Below are positions 1-9,355 of a stretch of DNA of 29,764 nt, in pieces. Source of the stretch: Deinococcaceae bacterium (GTDB lineage Bacteria > Deinococcota > Deinococci > Deinococcales > Trueperaceae); assembly GCA_040256005.1 (NCBI GenBank), contig JBDZWC010000025.1, positions 1-29,764 on the forward strand, given 5' to 3'. The notes under the pieces were generated by a model, which had not been told where the DNA came from, did no database searches, and saw only the letters and a list, made by a program, of their open reading frames with translations. Numbering within the stretch: position 1 is the first letter of the stretch; each line of letters starts with the position of its first letter. Made by a program: the position numbers and the translations under genes.

Positions 1-264
1 GGACATGTCACGAGCGGCGTCGTGCAGCAGCGCGGCCAGGAGGACCCTGTCCTGGTCCTCCGGCGTGAAGCCGTTACTGGTCGCGATCTGCAGCGCGAGG
101 ACGGCCACGCGGCGGATGTGATCGAACCTGTCTGGCGACACGAGGGCCCTGACCTTGCCCAGGTAGGGGGTCACGACCGGGGACGAGAACGCGCCCTCCG
201 CGCCGCTCGTGGCCGCGCGGCTGGAACCACGTGTGGAGATGTCCAGATCGGTCCGTTGAGTCAT
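1..264 (-). CDS. yqeK: HD-domain protein, YqeK-like Ap4A hydrolase (5' part; runs off the window's left edge)
   Basis: Manual translation from ATG at 264: MTQRTDLDIS...VSPDRFDHIRRVAVLALQIA...RVLLAALLHDAARDMS. The R-x-x-H and ALLHD-x-x-R/K pattern matches YqeK-type HD proteins. Lies directly downstream of obgE. Confidence 0.75.
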   Translation of the reverse strand, partial: MTQRTDLDISTRGSSRAATSGAEGAFSSPVVTPYLGKVRALVSPDRFDHIRRVAVLALQIATSNGFTPEDQDRVLLAALLHDAARDMS

Positions 265-351
265 GCCGTCGGTGGGCCCGCGGTGGCCGCTGGCCTGCCT
301 GGAAGGTATCACGCTGCGATGAGCGTCTCCGCGTCGCATCTGGACATGCGC

Positions 352-1653
352 CTAGATGGTCTCGTCAGCGTTCCCGTCACCCTCCGCGCCGTCCACCGCG
401 GCCTCCTCCGACAGGTAGTCGAACGTGGCCGCGCCGATGTGCACCTCGTCGCCGGTCCTGGCGCCGGCCCGCTTCAGGAGCTTGTCGATACCGAGGGCTC
501 GGAAGTGGTGCTGGAGGTAGGCGACCGCGTCGCGGTTGGAGGCGTCGAAGCGCGACACGACGGTCTCGACCTCCGACCCGGTGACGACCCACCCGTCCCC
601 GCTCATGTGGCGGCGCACCCGCGGCGGCTGTGCGGCGGTCGGGGCGCGGCCGGCCGGTTCGACCGGCTCCGGCTTGGGCGGAAGCAGCGCGAAGATCGCG
701 TCCTTGAGCGCGCCCAGGCCGTCCCCGGTGGTGGCCGAGACGAAGAAGACGGGGAGGCCCGCGCTGGTGAGGTCCTCCTCGAGGAGCCTCACGACCTCGG
801 CGTCGACGAGGTCCAGCTTGTTGACGACCAGCACCGCCGGCCTGTCGAGCAGCGCCGGGTCGTACTCGCGCAGCTCGCGCCTGAGCGCCGCGAGCGCCGC
901 GGCCGGGTCGATGGAGGCGTCGACGACGTAGGCCAGCAGGCGGGTGCGGGAGATGTGCCTGAGGAAGTCCAGGCCCAGACCCTTGCCCAGGTGGGCGTCC
1001 TCGATGATCCCCGGGATGTCCGCCAGCGTGAAGCGCTCGTGATCGCGCTCCACCACGCCCAGGTTCGGCGACAGCGTGGTGAATGGGTAGTCCGCGATGA
1101 CGGGCTTGGAGTTCGAGAGGGCCGCCAGCAGGCTCGACTTGCCGGCGTTGGGGTAGCCGACCAGGCCGACGTCGGCGATGACCATCAGCTCCAGGCGCAA
1201 CCGGCGCTTCTCGCCCGGTGTGCCGTACTCGGCGAAGCGGGGCGCACGGCGGGTGGACGAGGCGAACGAGGCGTTGCCTCTGCCTCCCTTGCCGCCGTTG
1301 GCGACGATGACGCGTTGACCCACCTGGGTCAGGTCCGCGACCACCACGCCCGTGTCCATGTCGGTCGCCCGCGTGCCCACGGGGACGTCGACGATGAGGT
1401 CTTCGCCGGCGCGGCCCGCGCGCTCCTTGCCTTCGCCCTGCTGCCCCGTGCCGGCCTTGAAGACCGTGCGGCCCAGTAGCCTGTCGAGGGACGAGATGTC
1501 GTCGACGGCTTGCAGGATCACCGAGCCACCGTCGCCGCCGTGCCCACCGTCGGGGCCACCCTTGGGGATGTACTTCAGACGGAGGAACGACAGGCCGCCA
1601 TCGCCGCCCTTGCCGCCCTGCACCGTGATGTCCAGCACGTCCCTGAAAGCCAC
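352..1653 (-). CDS. obgE: GTPase ObgE/CgtA with C-terminal OCT domain
   Basis: Gly-rich Obg fold (GGKGGDGG...[14 protein letters not shown]), G1 [10 protein letters not shown]2 YPFTT, G3 DIPG, G4 NKLD, C-terminal [15 protein letters not shown]. Adjacent to rpmA-rplU. Confidence 0.98.
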   Translation of the reverse strand: MAFRDVLDITVQGGKGGDGGLSFLRLKYIPKGGPDGGHGGDGGSVILQAVDDISSLDRLLGRTVFKAGTGQQGEGKERAGRAGEDLIVDVPVGTRATDMDTGVVVADLTQVGQRVIVANGGKGGRGNASFASSTRRAPRFAEYGTPGEKRRLRLELMVIADVGLVGYPNAGKSSLLAALSNSKPVIADYPFTTLSPNLGVVERDHERFTLADIPGIIEDAHLGKGLGLDFLRHISRTRLLAYVVDASIDPAAALAALRRELREYDPALLDRPAVLVVNKLDLVDAEVVRLLEEDLTSAGLPVFFVSATTGDGLGALKDAIFALLPPKPEPVEPAGRAPTAAQPPRVRRHMSGDGWVVTGSEVETVVSRFDASNRDAVAYLQHHFRALGIDKLLKRAGARTGDEVHIGAATFDYLSEEAAVDGAEGDGNADETI

Positions 1654-1698
1654 TTACTCGTCTCCTCAGGGCGCCACGGCTTCAGCCGCCCCCGTCAG

Positions 1699-1729
1699 CG
1701 AAAGGCGCGGCCCCGTGAAGGGCCGCGCC
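1699..1729 (-). terminator. Putative intrinsic terminator between rpmA and obgE
   Basis: Perfect 10-bp stem GGCGCGGCCC (1704-1713) / GGGCCGCGCC (1720-1729), followed on the - strand by TTTCG (short U-tract). Confidence 0.55.
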
Positions 1730-1783
1730 CGCAGATCTCGTTCCTTCTGAAGCGAGCCCGAGCGGGCCCGCCGCTCAGACCCT

Positions 1784-2056
1784 TCAGTCCGTGCCCGCCG
1801 CCGGAGCGGTCTCCACGCTGACGAAGCGGCCCTTCGAGCCCCTGTTCGCGTAGCGGACGGTGCCGTCCCGGAGCGCGAACAGCGTGAAGTCCTTGCCCAG
1901 GCCGACGTTCATACCTGGCTTGAACTTCGTGCCGCGCTGCCGCACGAGGATGTTACCGGCCAGCACCTCTTCACCATCGAAGCGCTTGGCGCCCAGGCGC
2001 TTGGAGTGGCTGTCGCGGCCGTTCTTGGAGCTGCCTACGCCTTTCTTGTGAGCCAT
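1784..2056 (-). CDS. rpmA: 50S ribosomal protein L27
   Basis: [22 protein letters not shown]...[12 protein letters not shown] signature; GAGGA RBS upstream. Confidence 0.99.
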   Translation of the reverse strand: MAHKKGVGSSKNGRDSHSKRLGAKRFDGEEVLAGNILVRQRGTKFKPGMNVGLGKDFTLFALRDGTVRYANRGSKGRFVSVETAPAAGTD

Positions 2057-2071
2057 GACAGATGTCCTCCC

Positions 2072-2377
2072 TCAGCCCTCGACCTTGGTGATCTTCACCT
2101 CGGTGTAGTCCTGCCGGTGGCCGATGTGCCGCCGGTAGTTCGTCTTCGCCTTGAACTTGTAGATATGCACCTTGTCGCCACGGCCGTGCCCGATCACCTC
2201 GGCGGTGACCTTGGCGCCGTCGACGAGGGGGCTGCCTACCTTGACCTCATCGCTGCCGAGCAACAGGACGGGCAGTTCCACCTGGCTGCCGGACTCGGCG
2301 TCGAGCTTCTCGAGCCGGAGCACGTCACCCTCGGCCACGCGGTACTGCTTACCGCCCGATTCCACGATAGCGAACAT
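2072..2377 (-). CDS. rplU: 50S ribosomal protein L21
   Basis: MFAIVESGGKQYRV...YRRHIGHRQDYT signature; GGAGG RBS upstream. Confidence 0.99.
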   Translation of the reverse strand: MFAIVESGGKQYRVAEGDVLRLEKLDAESGSQVELPVLLLGSDEVKVGSPLVDGAKVTAEVIGHGRGDKVHIYKFKAKTNYRRHIGHRQDYTEVKITKVEG

Positions 2378-2432
2378 CTCAAGGACCTCCGAAACACGAG
2401 CCTCGGCCGGGTGACCGAGACACCGAAGGAGA

Positions 2433-2462
2433 AGTATAAGCCAAGCCCCCGGCCCGGCACAA
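2433..2462 (-). promoter_or_regulatory. Putative sigma-A promoter of rplU-rpmA
   Basis: - strand TTGTGC (2457-2462), 18-nt spacer, TATACT (2433-2438). Confidence 0.5.
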
Positions 2463-2632
2463 GGCCGCTCGGCACGCGGCCGCCCGCCGCGCTCACGGCC
2501 ATGGGACGCTCACCTCCTTGGCCTACGGTGTCGGCCGCGGCGCGACGAGGAGGTCCCGTGGGGCACGCCACTTCGGCGATGGTCTTGTCCTATACTCTGC
2601 CGACAGCGCCGAAGGAGAGGGAGGGTACGTGC

Positions 2633-2929
2633 ATGGCAAAGTCCAAGACAGTCAGCAAAGCGGATCTCGTGGGTGAAGTCGTCAACTCCACCAAGCTGCC
2701 CCGCAAGACCGTCAAGGAGACCGTCGACGCCCTGCTCGACACGATGACTTCCGAGATCGCGAGGGGAAACAAGGTCACCCTCACCGGCTTCGGCAGCTTC
2801 GAGGTGCGTTCCCGCAAGGAACGCTCCGGCGTTAAGCCCGGCACCAAGGATCGCATCAGCATCCCCGCGAGCAACTACCCTGCCTTCAAGGCGGGCAAGA
2901 GCCTCAAGGACAAGGTCTCCGGGCGCTAG
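2633..2929 (+). CDS. hup: HU family DNA-binding protein
   Basis: SKADLV...VTLTGFGSFEVRSRKERSGVKPGT...PAFKAGKSLKDKV. ATG 2633 follows a GGAGAGGGAGG RBS and a TATACT -10 box at 2591-2596. The longer 2006 start in the ORF track is spurious. Confidence 0.96.
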   Translation: MAKSKTVSKADLVGEVVNSTKLPRKTVKETVDALLDTMTSEIARGNKVTLTGFGSFEVRSRKERSGVKPGTKDRISIPASNYPAFKAGKSLKDKVSGR

Positions 2930-3049
2930 GCGTCGTTCGCTAGCCGTCTCGGCGGGCACCGTGCCAGGCGCGCGGTGCCCGCTTCCCGTGGCGCCCGTCG
3001 AAGCCGGACCACCGAACGGAGCGGTAGCCACCGGCCACCTGCTCCGGCG

Positions 3050-3595
3050 CTATCCCGCCTCCAGGCGCGGCAGGCCCGCTAGCAGGCTCTCGACGTGTCG
3101 TCTCGTCAGACCGGCGAGCGGTTCGCTGGCGTCGGCGACGATGACATCCGGCTCCGCGGCCGGGTCGGGTTCCTCCAGAGCGACGAACTGCGAGTCCACC
3201 AGCTCGGCCGGGAAGAAGTGCCCTCCCCTGGCCGCGACCCTCGACCGGGCCAAAGCTTCCTCGCAGCGGAGGTAGAGGAAGGCGACGCCAGCCCCGGCGG
3301 AGCGCAGGACGTCCCGGTAGGAGCGCCGCAGCGCGCTGCAGGCGAGGACCACTCCGGCGCCGGCGGAGATGCGCCGGGCGAGGGCGTCGCGCATGGCCGC
3401 CAGCCATGGCGCCCTGTCCTCCTCGGTGAGAGGCTCGCCGGCCGCCATCTTCGCCACGTTCGCGGGGGAGTGGAAGGCGTCGGCGTCCAGGAAATCCCAG
3501 CCCAGGACCTGCGCGATGCGCCGCCCGACGCTGGTCTTGCCGCTGCCCGATACGCCCATGACGACCAGCGCCCGAAAGGCGTCGTCGGCGCTCAA
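3050..3595 (-). CDS. Gluconokinase (GntK/IdnK family)
   Basis: P-loop VMGVSGSGKT, DADAFHSPANVAKMAAGEPLTEEDRAPWL, ACSALRRSYR, GHFFPAELVDSQFVALEEP. Start is uncertain (TTG 3595 or GTG 3601). Confidence 0.9.
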   Translation of the reverse strand: MSADDAFRALVVMGVSGSGKTSVGRRIAQVLGWDFLDADAFHSPANVAKMAAGEPLTEEDRAPWLAAMRDALARRISAGAGVVLACSALRRSYRDVLRSAGAGVAFLYLRCEEALARSRVAARGGHFFPAELVDSQFVALEEPDPAAEPDVIVADASEPLAGLTRRHVESLLAGLPRLEAG

Positions 3596-3683
3596 AGCCA
3601 CGGGACGGTCCGGAGCCCAACTCGCGCCAGTTGGAGACGGTTCGAGAGCACGCCCCGATCCTAAGCCCGCACCCACCGCCGGC

Positions 3684-3697
3684 TTGACCACGGTCAA
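3684..3697. promoter_or_regulatory. Perfect dyad TTGACC-AC-GGTCAA (CRP/FNR-type box) in the divergent gluconokinase/flavodoxin intergenic region
   Basis: TTGAC-N4-GTCAA read directly. Candidate -10 boxes on both sides: TACCGT 3721-3726 (+) and TAGGAT 3658-3663 (-). Confidence 0.45.
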
Positions 3698-3734
3698 CGC
3701 CAGGTCGTCAGCCAGCCGCCTACCGTGTCCAGGC

Positions 3735-4322
3735 GTGGACGTCGTGGCCGCGATAGAGCATCCGAGTGAGGAACGGGAAGGCTTACCGAACGCCGTGGTC
3801 GCGTACGCGACGCTCTTCGGCGCTACCGAGTACGTGGCCGGTTTGGTCGCCAGCTCACTGGGCGAGGCGACCCGCGGGCGCGTCGAGGCGCACGACCTGG
3901 CGTACCTCGAGGTTTCGACGCTGGCGAACCACGACCTCATCGTCATCGGCGCCTGCACCTGGAACGTAGGCCAACTGCCTCCCGACCTGGAATCAAAGCT
4001 GGACGCCCTCGGGGCTCTGGACCTGCGGGGCAAGTACCTCGCCGTCTTCGGTACCGGCGATCAGATCGGCTACCCCGATACCTTCGTGGACGCGATCGGG
4101 ATGGTGGCCGAGCGCATGCGGAACACCGGGGCCCGGTTGGTGGGCAGGTGGCCGGCAGACGGCTACAGCTTCGCGGCCTCGCGCGCGGCGGTGGGGGGCA
4201 TCGAGCTCCTCGGCCTGGCGATCGACGAGGACAACGAGCCCGACCTGACGGCCGGCCGCGTGGCTGGTTGGGCCGCCCAGATAGCGCATGAGGCAGGGCT
4301 CAGGACCCGGGTTAGCATCTAG
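3735..4322 (+). CDS. Long-chain flavodoxin
   Basis: YATLFGATE phosphate loop, GACTWNVGQLP, AVFGTGDQIGYPDTFVDAIG, GRWPADGYSFAASRA, GLAIDEDNEPDLTAGRVAGW. Start is uncertain (GTG 3735/3744). Confidence 0.9.
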   Translation: MDVVAAIEHPSEEREGLPNAVVAYATLFGATEYVAGLVASSLGEATRGRVEAHDLAYLEVSTLANHDLIVIGACTWNVGQLPPDLESKLDALGALDLRGKYLAVFGTGDQIGYPDTFVDAIGMVAERMRNTGARLVGRWPADGYSFAASRAAVGGIELLGLAIDEDNEPDLTAGRVAGWAAQIAHEAGLRTRVSI

Positions 4323-4326
4323 GCAT

Positions 4327-6102
4327 ATGGCAACCGGGCTACCGGCGAGCGTGCCGGAGCTGCTGCGTGCGCGGGCCGCGGACGCCGGGCTCGCGCAACG
4401 AGTGAAACGCTTCGGCCTGTGGCAGCGGATCTCGTGGGCGGAGTACGTCGCCGACGTGAACGCCTTGGCCGCCGAGTACGTGGCGCTGGGACTTCAGCCC
4501 GGCGACCGCCTGGCGATCCTCAGCGAGAACAGGCCGGAGTGGACGGTCGCGGACATGGCCGCACAGACGGCCGGCGGCGCCACTGTAGGGGTGTACACGA
4601 CCAGCAGCCCGGAGCAGCTGCGCTACTACCTGCAGCACTCCGACGCGGTGGGCCTCGTCCTGGAGGACGCGGAGCAGCTCGAGAAGTGGCTGGCCGTGCG
4701 CGACGACTGCCCCGGCGTGCGCTTCGCTCTCCTCATCGAGGAGAAAGAGGCCGAGGCTCCGGGCGTGACACCGTTCTCCGAGGCCCTGGCGTCGGGCAGG
4801 CGGCGCTACGCCAGCGACCCGGTACCCGTGGACGAGAGGCTCGCACGGCTCTCGCCCGACGACGTCGCGCTGTTCATCTACACCTCGGGCACCACCGGCG
4901 ACCCCAAGGCCGCCATGCTCACCCACGGCAACATCGTCTGGGCCACCGAGGCGCTGAGGCGGGCCCTCGACTGTGGGCCACGCGACGAGTTCCTCTCGTT
5001 CCTGCCGGTGTCTCACATCGTGGAGCGCCTGATCAGCATCGCGAACCCCATCCGATGGGGCTACGCGGTCAGCTTCACGGAGAACCTCGACACGGTGCTG
5101 AACGACCTCAGGGAGATCAGGCCGACGATCTTCTTCGCGGTGCCACGCATCTGGGAGAAGCTCTACTCGCTCGTCGAGCTTCACATGAAGGACGCGCAGC
5201 TCTTCAAACGCCTGGCGTACGAGCGGGCCATGGCCGCCGTCAGGGGCAGGGCCGGGGCAGGAGCCTCCCCGGCCAGAGCGGCGGCCGTAGCCATCGCGAA
5301 CCTGGCGGTGCTGGCGCCGCTGAAGCACCGCCTCGGACTCGACCGCGTCCGCTTGGCGATATCGGGCGCCGCACCCATCGCGCCAGAGATCCTCGCCTAC
5401 TTCAGGAGCCTCGGCGTCGACGTGCGCGAGGGTTACGGCCTCACCGAGTCGACCGGCCTCATCTCCCTGTGCCCGCGCCAGGTACGCCTGGGCACGGTGG
5501 GCATCCCGTTCTGGGGCGTCGACGTGAAGATCGCCGAGGACGGTGAGATCCTCTCGCGCAGCCCCGGCAACTTCCTCGGCTACCACAAGGACCCGGAGGC
5601 GAGCGCCGAGGCGCTGGCGGGCGGCTGGCTCCATACCGGGGACATAGGGGAGCTCGACGCGATGGGCCACCTCAGGATCACCGACCGCAAGAAGGACATC
5701 CTCATCACCGCCGGCGGGAAGAACATCGCGCCGCAGAAGATCGAGAACCAGCTCAAGTCGTCCGTGTACATCAACGACGCCGTCGTGCTGGGCGACAGGC
5801 GCAGGTACCTGGTGGCGCTGCTCGTCCTGGACGAGGACAACGTGAGGCACTGGGCTGCCGAAAGGCAGCTGGCCTACTCCACCTACACCGACCTCACGCG
5901 CAACCCGGAGGTCGTCGCCCTCATAGGGGCCGAGGTCGAGAGGGTCAACGGTTCGCTGGCGCGCGTCGAGACGGTCAAGCGCTTCGCGATCCTGCCGAAG
6001 AGGCTCTACCACGAGGACGGCGAGGTCACGGCCACGCTCAAGGTCAAGCGCTCGAGCATCGCGGAGCGCTACGGCGACCTGGTGGAGGGGCTCTACGCAT
6101 GA
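4327..6102 (+). CDS. Long-chain-fatty-acid--CoA ligase (AMP-binding, FadD15/ACSL-like)
   Basis: YTSGTTGDPKA AMP-binding motif, FFAVPRIWEK, EGYGLTES, GWLHTGDIG, ITDRKKDILITAGGKNIAP, TATLKVKR. Confidence 0.93.
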   Translation: MATGLPASVPELLRARAADAGLAQRVKRFGLWQRISWAEYVADVNALAAEYVALGLQPGDRLAILSENRPEWTVADMAAQTAGGATVGVYTTSSPEQLRYYLQHSDAVGLVLEDAEQLEKWLAVRDDCPGVRFALLIEEKEAEAPGVTPFSEALASGRRRYASDPVPVDERLARLSPDDVALFIYTSGTTGDPKAAMLTHGNIVWATEALRRALDCGPRDEFLSFLPVSHIVERLISIANPIRWGYAVSFTENLDTVLNDLREIRPTIFFAVPRIWEKLYSLVELHMKDAQLFKRLAYERAMAAVRGRAGAGASPARAAAVAIANLAVLAPLKHRLGLDRVRLAISGAAPIAPEILAYFRSLGVDVREGYGLTESTGLISLCPRQVRLGTVGIPFWGVDVKIAEDGEILSRSPGNFLGYHKDPEASAEALAGGWLHTGDIGELDAMGHLRITDRKKDILITAGGKNIAPQKIENQLKSSVYINDAVVLGDRRRYLVALLVLDEDNVRHWAAERQLAYSTYTDLTRNPEVVALIGAEVERVNGSLARVETVKRFAILPKRLYHEDGEVTATLKVKRSSIAERYGDLVEGLYA

Positions 6103-7139
6103 CAGACGGAGGATCGGCCGAGGAGGCCAAGCCCAGACCCGCCAGGCGCCGCCGGCAGAGCGTGCTCTTCCGCGACAGCTACGAGCAGGACCTCCAACAC
6201 GTGAGGGGCGCAGCGGGCTGGGCCGGGACGGCCCTGGCGGCCGTGGCCGTCGCCGTGCTGCCCCTGGTCGCGCAGGGCTACATCGTCTACAACCTCACCC
6301 TGTTCCTCGTCTACGCGCTGGTGGCTCTATCGCTCGCCGTCCTCGTCGGCATGACCGGCCAGGTCTCCCTCGGTCACGCCGGCTTCCTCGCCGCGGGGGC
6401 TTACGCCCAGGCGGCGCTGGCGGCGCTTGGCATCCCCTACCTACTGACGTTGCTCGGCGCCATCGCCGTGGCCGCGCTCCTCGGCCTCGTCATAGGCGTG
6501 CCGGCGCTACGTCTCGAGGGGCCATACCTGGCGATCGCGACGCTGGGCTTCGGGCTGGCCATCCAGCAGATCCTCAACAACTGGCGCTTCGTCGGCGCCT
6601 CTACCGGCCTCATCGCGGACCGCCCCGTCATCGCCGGCGTGGACTTCTACGGCGATGCCGCCTACTACTGGCTGGTCGCTGCCGTGACGAGCGCGGTCGT
6701 GCTGCTGGTCCTCAACCTGGAGCGCTCGCACGTCGGCAGGGCGTTCCGCGCCGTGCGCGACGCCGACCTCGCGGCGCAGATGAGCGGCATCAGCCTCTCG
6801 CAGTACAAGTCGCTGGCCTTCGTCGTGTCGGCCGGCATCGCTGGCCTGGCCGGTGCGCTGTACGGGCCGCTCATCGGCTACCTGACGCCCGAGAGCTTCA
6901 ACCTGCTCTTGTCGATCAAGTTCCTGCTGATGGTCGTCGTGGGTGGGCTGGGGCTGCTGCCGGGGGCGCTCGTGGGCGCGGGCTTCATCACCGGCCTCGA
7001 GCTCTACCTCTCGACGTTCAGGGCGTGGTCGCAGCTGGTCTTCGGCGCCGTCGTCATGCTGGTGCTGATACTCGAGCCCAGCGGTCTCTACGGCCGGTGG
7101 CTCAAGATCCGTAATTACTGGAAGTCGTGGCCGCTGTGA
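6099..7139 (+). CDS. HAAT/Liv-type ABC transporter permease (LivM-like)
   Basis: Multiple TM helices, GMTGQVSLGHAGF, LRLEGPYLAIATLGF, GRAFRAVRD. ATGA overlap with the upstream gene. Confidence 0.93.
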   Translation: MTDGGSAEEAKPRPARRRRQSVLFRDSYEQDLQHVRGAAGWAGTALAAVAVAVLPLVAQGYIVYNLTLFLVYALVALSLAVLVGMTGQVSLGHAGFLAAGAYAQAALAALGIPYLLTLLGAIAVAALLGLVIGVPALRLEGPYLAIATLGFGLAIQQILNNWRFVGASTGLIADRPVIAGVDFYGDAAYYWLVAAVTSAVVLLVLNLERSHVGRAFRAVRDADLAAQMSGISLSQYKSLAFVVSAGIAGLAGALYGPLIGYLTPESFNLLLSIKFLLMVVVGGLGLLPGALVGAGFITGLELYLSTFRAWSQLVFGAVVMLVLILEPSGLYGRWLKIRNYWKSWPL

Positions 7140-8020
7140 ACACGTTCGGTGAGGTGCTCCAGGTGCTCGTCAGCGGCGCCACCATCGGCTCGGTCTACGC
7201 CCTCGTCGCTCTGGGGTTGGTGCTCGTCTACCGCACCACACGCATCCTCAACTTCGCCCACGGCGACGTCGGCGTGCTGGGGACCTTCATCGCCTTCGTG
7301 CTGTTCACGAACCTTGACCTGCCCTTCGGCGTCGCGTTCTTGCTGGCGCTCCTCGCCGCCGCCGTCATAGGCGCGCTCATCTACCTGACCACCGTGCGCC
7401 AGGCGAGGACAGAGAGCGACCTGGGGCTCATCATCCTGACCCTGGGCCTGGCCCTGTTCCTGGGCGGCTTCGACGCTCTGGTCTTCGGGACCGACAACAA
7501 GGTCGTGCCCACCCTGGCTCCAGACTCGATCGTCAGGGGGTTCGGGGCCTCGTTCAGCGTCGCCTCGCTGTTGACGGCGGCCCTCGGCGTGCTGCTCATG
7601 CTGGGGCTGTGGGCGCTGCTCAGCTTCACCAAGCTGGGCGTGGCCATGCGTGCCGTGGCCCAGCGCGAGGACGTGGCGGAGGCGATGGGCCTGCCGGTGC
7701 GGACGGTCCTCATGGCGACGTGGGGAGCGGCCGCGCTGCTGGCGACGGCCGCCGCCCTGCTGTTCGCGCCCACTACGCTTCTCAACCCCACGATGATGCT
7801 CGACCCGCTCTCCAAGGGCTTCGTTGCGGCTGTCATCGGCGGCATGAACAGCCTGCCAGGCGCTGTCGTGGGCGGCTACGTGCTCGGCATCCTCGAGCTG
7901 CTGGTGGGGGTCTACGTGTCCCTCGAGTTCAAGGCGAGCTTCGCCTTCCTCGTCGTGATCATCGTGCTGCTGGTGAGGCCGCACGGCCTGCTCGGGCGCG
8001 CGGACGTCAAGCGCGTGTGA
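7136..8020 (+). CDS. HAAT/Liv-type ABC transporter permease (LivH-like)
   Basis: GSVYALVALGLVLVYRTTRILNFAHG, TKLGVAMRAVA, AAVIGGMNSLPGAVVGG, LVRPHGLLG. GTGA overlap at 7136-7139. Confidence 0.93.
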   Translation: MNTFGEVLQVLVSGATIGSVYALVALGLVLVYRTTRILNFAHGDVGVLGTFIAFVLFTNLDLPFGVAFLLALLAAAVIGALIYLTTVRQARTESDLGLIILTLGLALFLGGFDALVFGTDNKVVPTLAPDSIVRGFGASFSVASLLTAALGVLLMLGLWALLSFTKLGVAMRAVAQREDVAEAMGLPVRTVLMATWGAAALLATAAALLFAPTTLLNPTMMLDPLSKGFVAAVIGGMNSLPGAVVGGYVLGILELLVGVYVSLEFKASFAFLVVIIVLLVRPHGLLGRADVKRV

Positions 8021-8165
8021 CGCAGCCCCCGCGAACGCCCGCGGCCCGGGCGACATCGGATTCGTGCCGTCCCCAACGGTTCTGGCCGTCCGCGCGCAGG
8101 TGGGCCCGTGGTAGGGTGAAACGAGCGAAAAACAGCAGTTGCCCCGATGTGGGGAGAGGAGCGAC

Positions 8166-9344
8166 ATGAAGAGGTTCATCGTTCTCGGCATCGTCGTAGC
8201 GCTAGCCGGCTCTTGGGCCATGGCGCAGGAGGGGGTGACCGATACCGAGGTCGTGATCGGCAACTGGGGCCCCCAGTCTGGCCCGGCCGCGGCGTGGGGA
8301 GCCGTGACGGTCGCGATACAGGCGTACTTCGACTACATCAACGACCAGGGCGGCATCCACGGCAGGAACCTGGTGCTGGAGACCCGCGACGACGGGTACG
8401 ACCCCGCCAGGACGGTCTCGGCCGTGCGCGAGCTCATCGATCGCGAAGGCGTCTTCGCCTTCGTGGCCGGTGTGGGCACCGCCAACGGGCTGGCCGCGCT
8501 GCCGCTCATCCAACGCGCCGGCGTCCCATGGGTCGCCCCGGCATCTGGTAGCGAGGTGTTCGCCGAGCAGTCGGGCGGCCTCGTCTACACGACGTTCACC
8601 GACTACGTGGTCGAGGCCTCTCTCATGACGAGGCACGCCGCCATGGAGCTGGGCAGCAAGAACATCGCGATCTTCTACCAGAACGACGGCTACGGCCAGG
8701 CCGGCCTGCGAGGCCTGGAGGAGGAGGTGGCTCGACTCCAGGAACAGGGCGTCGACGTCACCGTCGGCGACAGGGTCAACTACGAGCGCGGCACCACGAA
8801 CCTGGGCGTCCAGGCGCTCCGGCTGCGCGGCTCGGGCGCGGACAGCGTCGTCCTCTTCTCCGACCCGACGGCAGCCGCCAACCTGCTCAACGAGTTCCAG
8901 CGCCTCGACTACCATCCGCAGATCCTCTCGACGGTGACGCTGCTCGACCCCAGCCTCATCGGCAACCCCGCCATGCAGGGCGCCCTCTACAGCGTCTTCC
9001 TGCGCCTGCCCAGCGTCGTCCTGGGCGAGGGCAACGGCGACCCGATCGCCGACCGGCTCTATCAGGAGGTCATCCTCGCCTACGCGCCCGAGATCGCCAC
9101 GGCGCCGTTCTTCGCGCTGGCAGGCATAGCGTTCGCCCAGCCGCTGGTGGAGGCGCTCCAGGCCGCCGGCCCAGACCTCACACGCGAGAGCTTCGTGGCC
9201 GCGCTCCAGGGCATCGACGGTTACACCGAGGGCCTCTACCACGAGGTGTCGTTCGAGAACGGACCCCGCGGGAACAACTCGGTGCAGCTCCTCCAGGTCA
9301 CGCCGCAAGGGCTGCGGCCTGTCTCCGACTGGTTGACGCTGTAG
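8166..9344 (+). CDS. HAAT/Liv-type ABC transporter substrate-binding protein
   Basis: Signal peptide MKRFIVLGIVVALAGSWAMA, GVTDTEVVIG, INDQGGIHGR, DDGYDPART. RBS GGAGAGGAG upstream of ATG 8166. Confidence 0.92.
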   Translation: MKRFIVLGIVVALAGSWAMAQEGVTDTEVVIGNWGPQSGPAAAWGAVTVAIQAYFDYINDQGGIHGRNLVLETRDDGYDPARTVSAVRELIDREGVFAFVAGVGTANGLAALPLIQRAGVPWVAPASGSEVFAEQSGGLVYTTFTDYVVEASLMTRHAAMELGSKNIAIFYQNDGYGQAGLRGLEEEVARLQEQGVDVTVGDRVNYERGTTNLGVQALRLRGSGADSVVLFSDPTAAANLLNEFQRLDYHPQILSTVTLLDPSLIGNPAMQGALYSVFLRLPSVVLGEGNGDPIADRLYQEVILAYAPEIATAPFFALAGIAFAQPLVEALQAAGPDLTRESFVAALQGIDGYTEGLYHEVSFENGPRGNNSVQLLQVTPQGLRPVSDWLTL

Positions 9345-9355
9345 GAGGTGACGCT

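Noticed and set aside
22..1479. 485-aa + strand ORF, and similar long ORFs such as 4339-6012 (-), 8202-9437 (-), 14445-15728 (+), 18922-20292 (-) and 28763-29701 (-)
   Set aside because: They are antisense shadows of clearly identifiable genes. Long stop-free opposite frames are expected in high-GC coding DNA and show no family motifs.
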